Shown here: positions 61,745-64,000 of the stretch, piece by piece
Numbering within the stretch: position 1 is the stretch's first letter
Layout of the letters: each line of letters starts with the position of its first letter
Assembly (NCBI GenBank): GCA_038087875.1
Contig: JAXLNO010002227.1
Coordinates: forward strand, 1 to 64,000
DNA length: 64,000 bases
Reading direction: 5' to 3'
Source of the DNA: Malacoraja senta
Taxonomy: Eukaryota
Program-made: the position numbers and the translations under genes
The notes under the pieces: model-generated
The model's database searches: none
Seen by the model: the letters and a program-made list of their open reading frames with translations, nothing else
Told to the model about the DNA's origin: nothing

Positions 61745-63407
61745 TTTGCCATGAAACCTACTACCTGCCCCCTCGAAATTGTCCCCTCTGCCCTTCTAAA
61801 GGATGTCATTACAATAGCCGGTCCCAGCATCCTTGCCATCTTCAACAGTTCTCTGGCCACTGGCACTGTTCCTACGTGCTTCAAGCATGCGGTGGTCCAG
61901 CCCCTCCTGAAAAAATCTAACCTCGACCCCACCTTGCCAAGCAACTACAGACCTATTTCAAAACTGCCTTTCCTTTCAAAAGCCCTAGAAAAGGTAATTT
62001 TAAGTCAACTTATGCCTTACCTTCACCAAAATACTATCTTGGAAACTCTCCAATCAAGTTTCAGGGTCCACCACAGCACAGAGTCTGCCTTGTCAAAGGT
62101 ACATAATGACCTACTTCTCACCGTTGACTCCGACGACTGTGCAATCCTGCTCCTTCTCAACCTCAGCGCAGCATTTGATACTGTTGACCACACCATCCTA
62201 ATTGACCGTCTCCGGTACGGGGTTGGTATTGATGGAACTGCCCTGAGCTGGTTCATCTCCTACCTCAAAGGTAGGAGTTTCTCTACTAACATAGGCAACT
62301 CTTTCTCCTCCCCAGCTAGCCTCTGCTGCGGGTTCCACAAGGTTCCATCCTTGGCCCCATTCTCTTCTCCCTGTATATGCTCCCCTTAGGCCAAGTCATT
62401 CAAAGGCATGGCATTACCTTCCATTGCTATGCAGACGATACACAACTCTATCTCCCCCTGAAGCCCAATAACCGATCAAATCTACTTAACCTTATCCACT
62501 GCCTCGAGGATATAAAGTGTTGGATGGCCCAGAACGTCCTCCAACTAAACGAGAGTAAGTCTGAGGTCATCCTTCTCGGCCCCTCGGATTCAATCAAAAC
62601 GATAGCAGGCAGCCTTGGAAGCCTTACCCCATTACTCAAACCTCACATCCAAAACCTTGGCGTGATATTTGACTCAGCATTGAAATTTGACAAACAAGTC
62701 AATCCGTGGTAAAAGCTAGCTTCTTCCAGCTTCGGCCGATAGCTAAAATAAAACAATTCCTCCAGTTTGATGACCTCGAAAAGATCATCCACACATTTAT
62801 CTCCTCCCGCCTCGATTACTGCAACACTGGCATCAGCCAATCTTCCCTGTCCCGCCTGCAACTGATCCAAAACGCTGCAGCGAGACTCCTGGCAAGGCTC
62901 CCGAAAAAGGGATGACATCACCCCGATTCTAGCCTCTCTCCACTGGCTCCCTGTGCGGTTCCGAATATATTTCAAGATCCTTCTTTATGTTTACAAAGCC
63001 CTTAATGGGCTTGCCCCCACCTACAGCAAAAGTCTGCTTACCCACCGCACCACCTCCAGGTCCCTCACTTCGGCCGACTTGGGGTTACTGAACATCTAGG
63101 CATAAGCTCAGGGGCGACCGCGCCTTTGTGGTTGCAGCTCCTAGACTGTGGAACAGCATCCCTCTTCCCTTCAGAACTGCCCCCTCCATCGACTCTTTTA
63201 AGTCGAGACTTAAAACTCATCTTTACTCTCAAGCTTTTCTTGACGTCCTCTGAGGGAGGACTATATGTATGTATTTATGTATGTACTTAATCTATGAACC
63301 ACTGTTGTATAACGTTAGTACCTCCACCAATGTAAAGTACTTTGGTCAACGAGAGTTGTTTATTAAATGTGCTATAGAAATAAAAGTGACTTGACTTGAC
63401 TTGACTT
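61745..63407 (+). mobile_element. 5'-truncated L2-clade LINE (RT domain, frameshifted)
   Basis: NYRPISKLPFLSK…HSTESAL…LSAAFDTVDH…HCYADDTQLY…SRLDYCN; 3' tail ending (GACTT)n. Confidence 0.92.
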
Positions 63408-63447
63408 AAAAAGGGCGATGGGGACAGATTACAGATTGACTGATTGA

Positions 63448-63745
63448 TTGGAAGATACAGTGTGGAAACAGGCCCTTTGGCCCAAAATACCACGCCGACT
63501 ATTGATCACCCGTTCTATATCCCCACACTTTACCACCCACTACCTACACACTAGGGGCAATTTACAGGGTCCATTTTAGCCTAGGAATCCACCCCCTCAC
63601 ATCTTTGGGTTGTGAGAGGAAACGGAGAATCCTTACGTGGTCACAAGGAGAACGTTCAAACTCCACACAGACGGCACCCGAGGTCAGGATTGATCCCGGG
63701 CCTCTGGCGCTGTGGGGCAGCAGCTCTACCAGCTGTGCCACTGGA
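63448..63745 (-). mobile_element. HE1-like SINE (diverged)
   Basis: Family consensus. Confidence 0.75.
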
Positions 63746-64000
63746 TTACCTCATACCGCTGACAAGAGAGATGAGTCAGTTGGCATAAAATCAGTGGAGA
63801 AGATTATCGGGAAAAGAAGGATTGTATTTAGAGAGGTGCAGATTAATCAGTAAGAGGTAGCAAGGACTTGTTATGGGAAATATGTCTCTGACTAATTGGG
63901 TTGATTACTTTTGAAAAGGCTAGAAAAAGGGTCCATATTAGGGAAACAATATTTGTAATCTACTTGGATTTCAGGAAAACGTTTTTCAAAGACCCACGTC

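Overview
Vertebrate genomic DNA, most likely a cartilaginous fish (skate/ray), inferred from abundant HE1-type V-SINEs, CR1/L2 LINEs and a palindromic Penelope-related repeat. Two genes are present. (1) Period circadian regulator 2 (PER2) on the + strand: 21 GT-AG exons from 5375 to 33467 splice into one uninterrupted frame of ~1156 codons; the first coding exon appears to lie upstream of the window. (2) A complete 4-exon HES6 (232 aa, bHLH-Orange-WRPW) on the - strand at 55612-56688, convergent with PER2. The main result is that this PER2 keeps its PAS-A/PAS-B/PAC, both CK1-binding motifs, the SSGYGS beta-TrCP degron, the NLS and the C-terminal LxxLL, but its cryptochrome-binding domain is dismantled by frame-preserving lesions. 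These are a ~31-aa deletion removing the LQDPIWLLMA core, a 3-aa deletion removing HxW, and CxxC zinc ligands changed to RxxS. One SxxS unit of the FASP phospho-cluster, apparently the priming serine, is also deleted. This suggests a naturally CRY-uncoupled PER2. Also notable: an E'-box/D-box cluster upstream of HES6, minimal hammerhead-ribozyme cores in the palindromic repeat, a near full-length decayed HERO-type retrotransposon, and modular non-autonomous LINE derivatives. Comparisons with mammalian proteins are from recalled sequences and need confirming by alignment.
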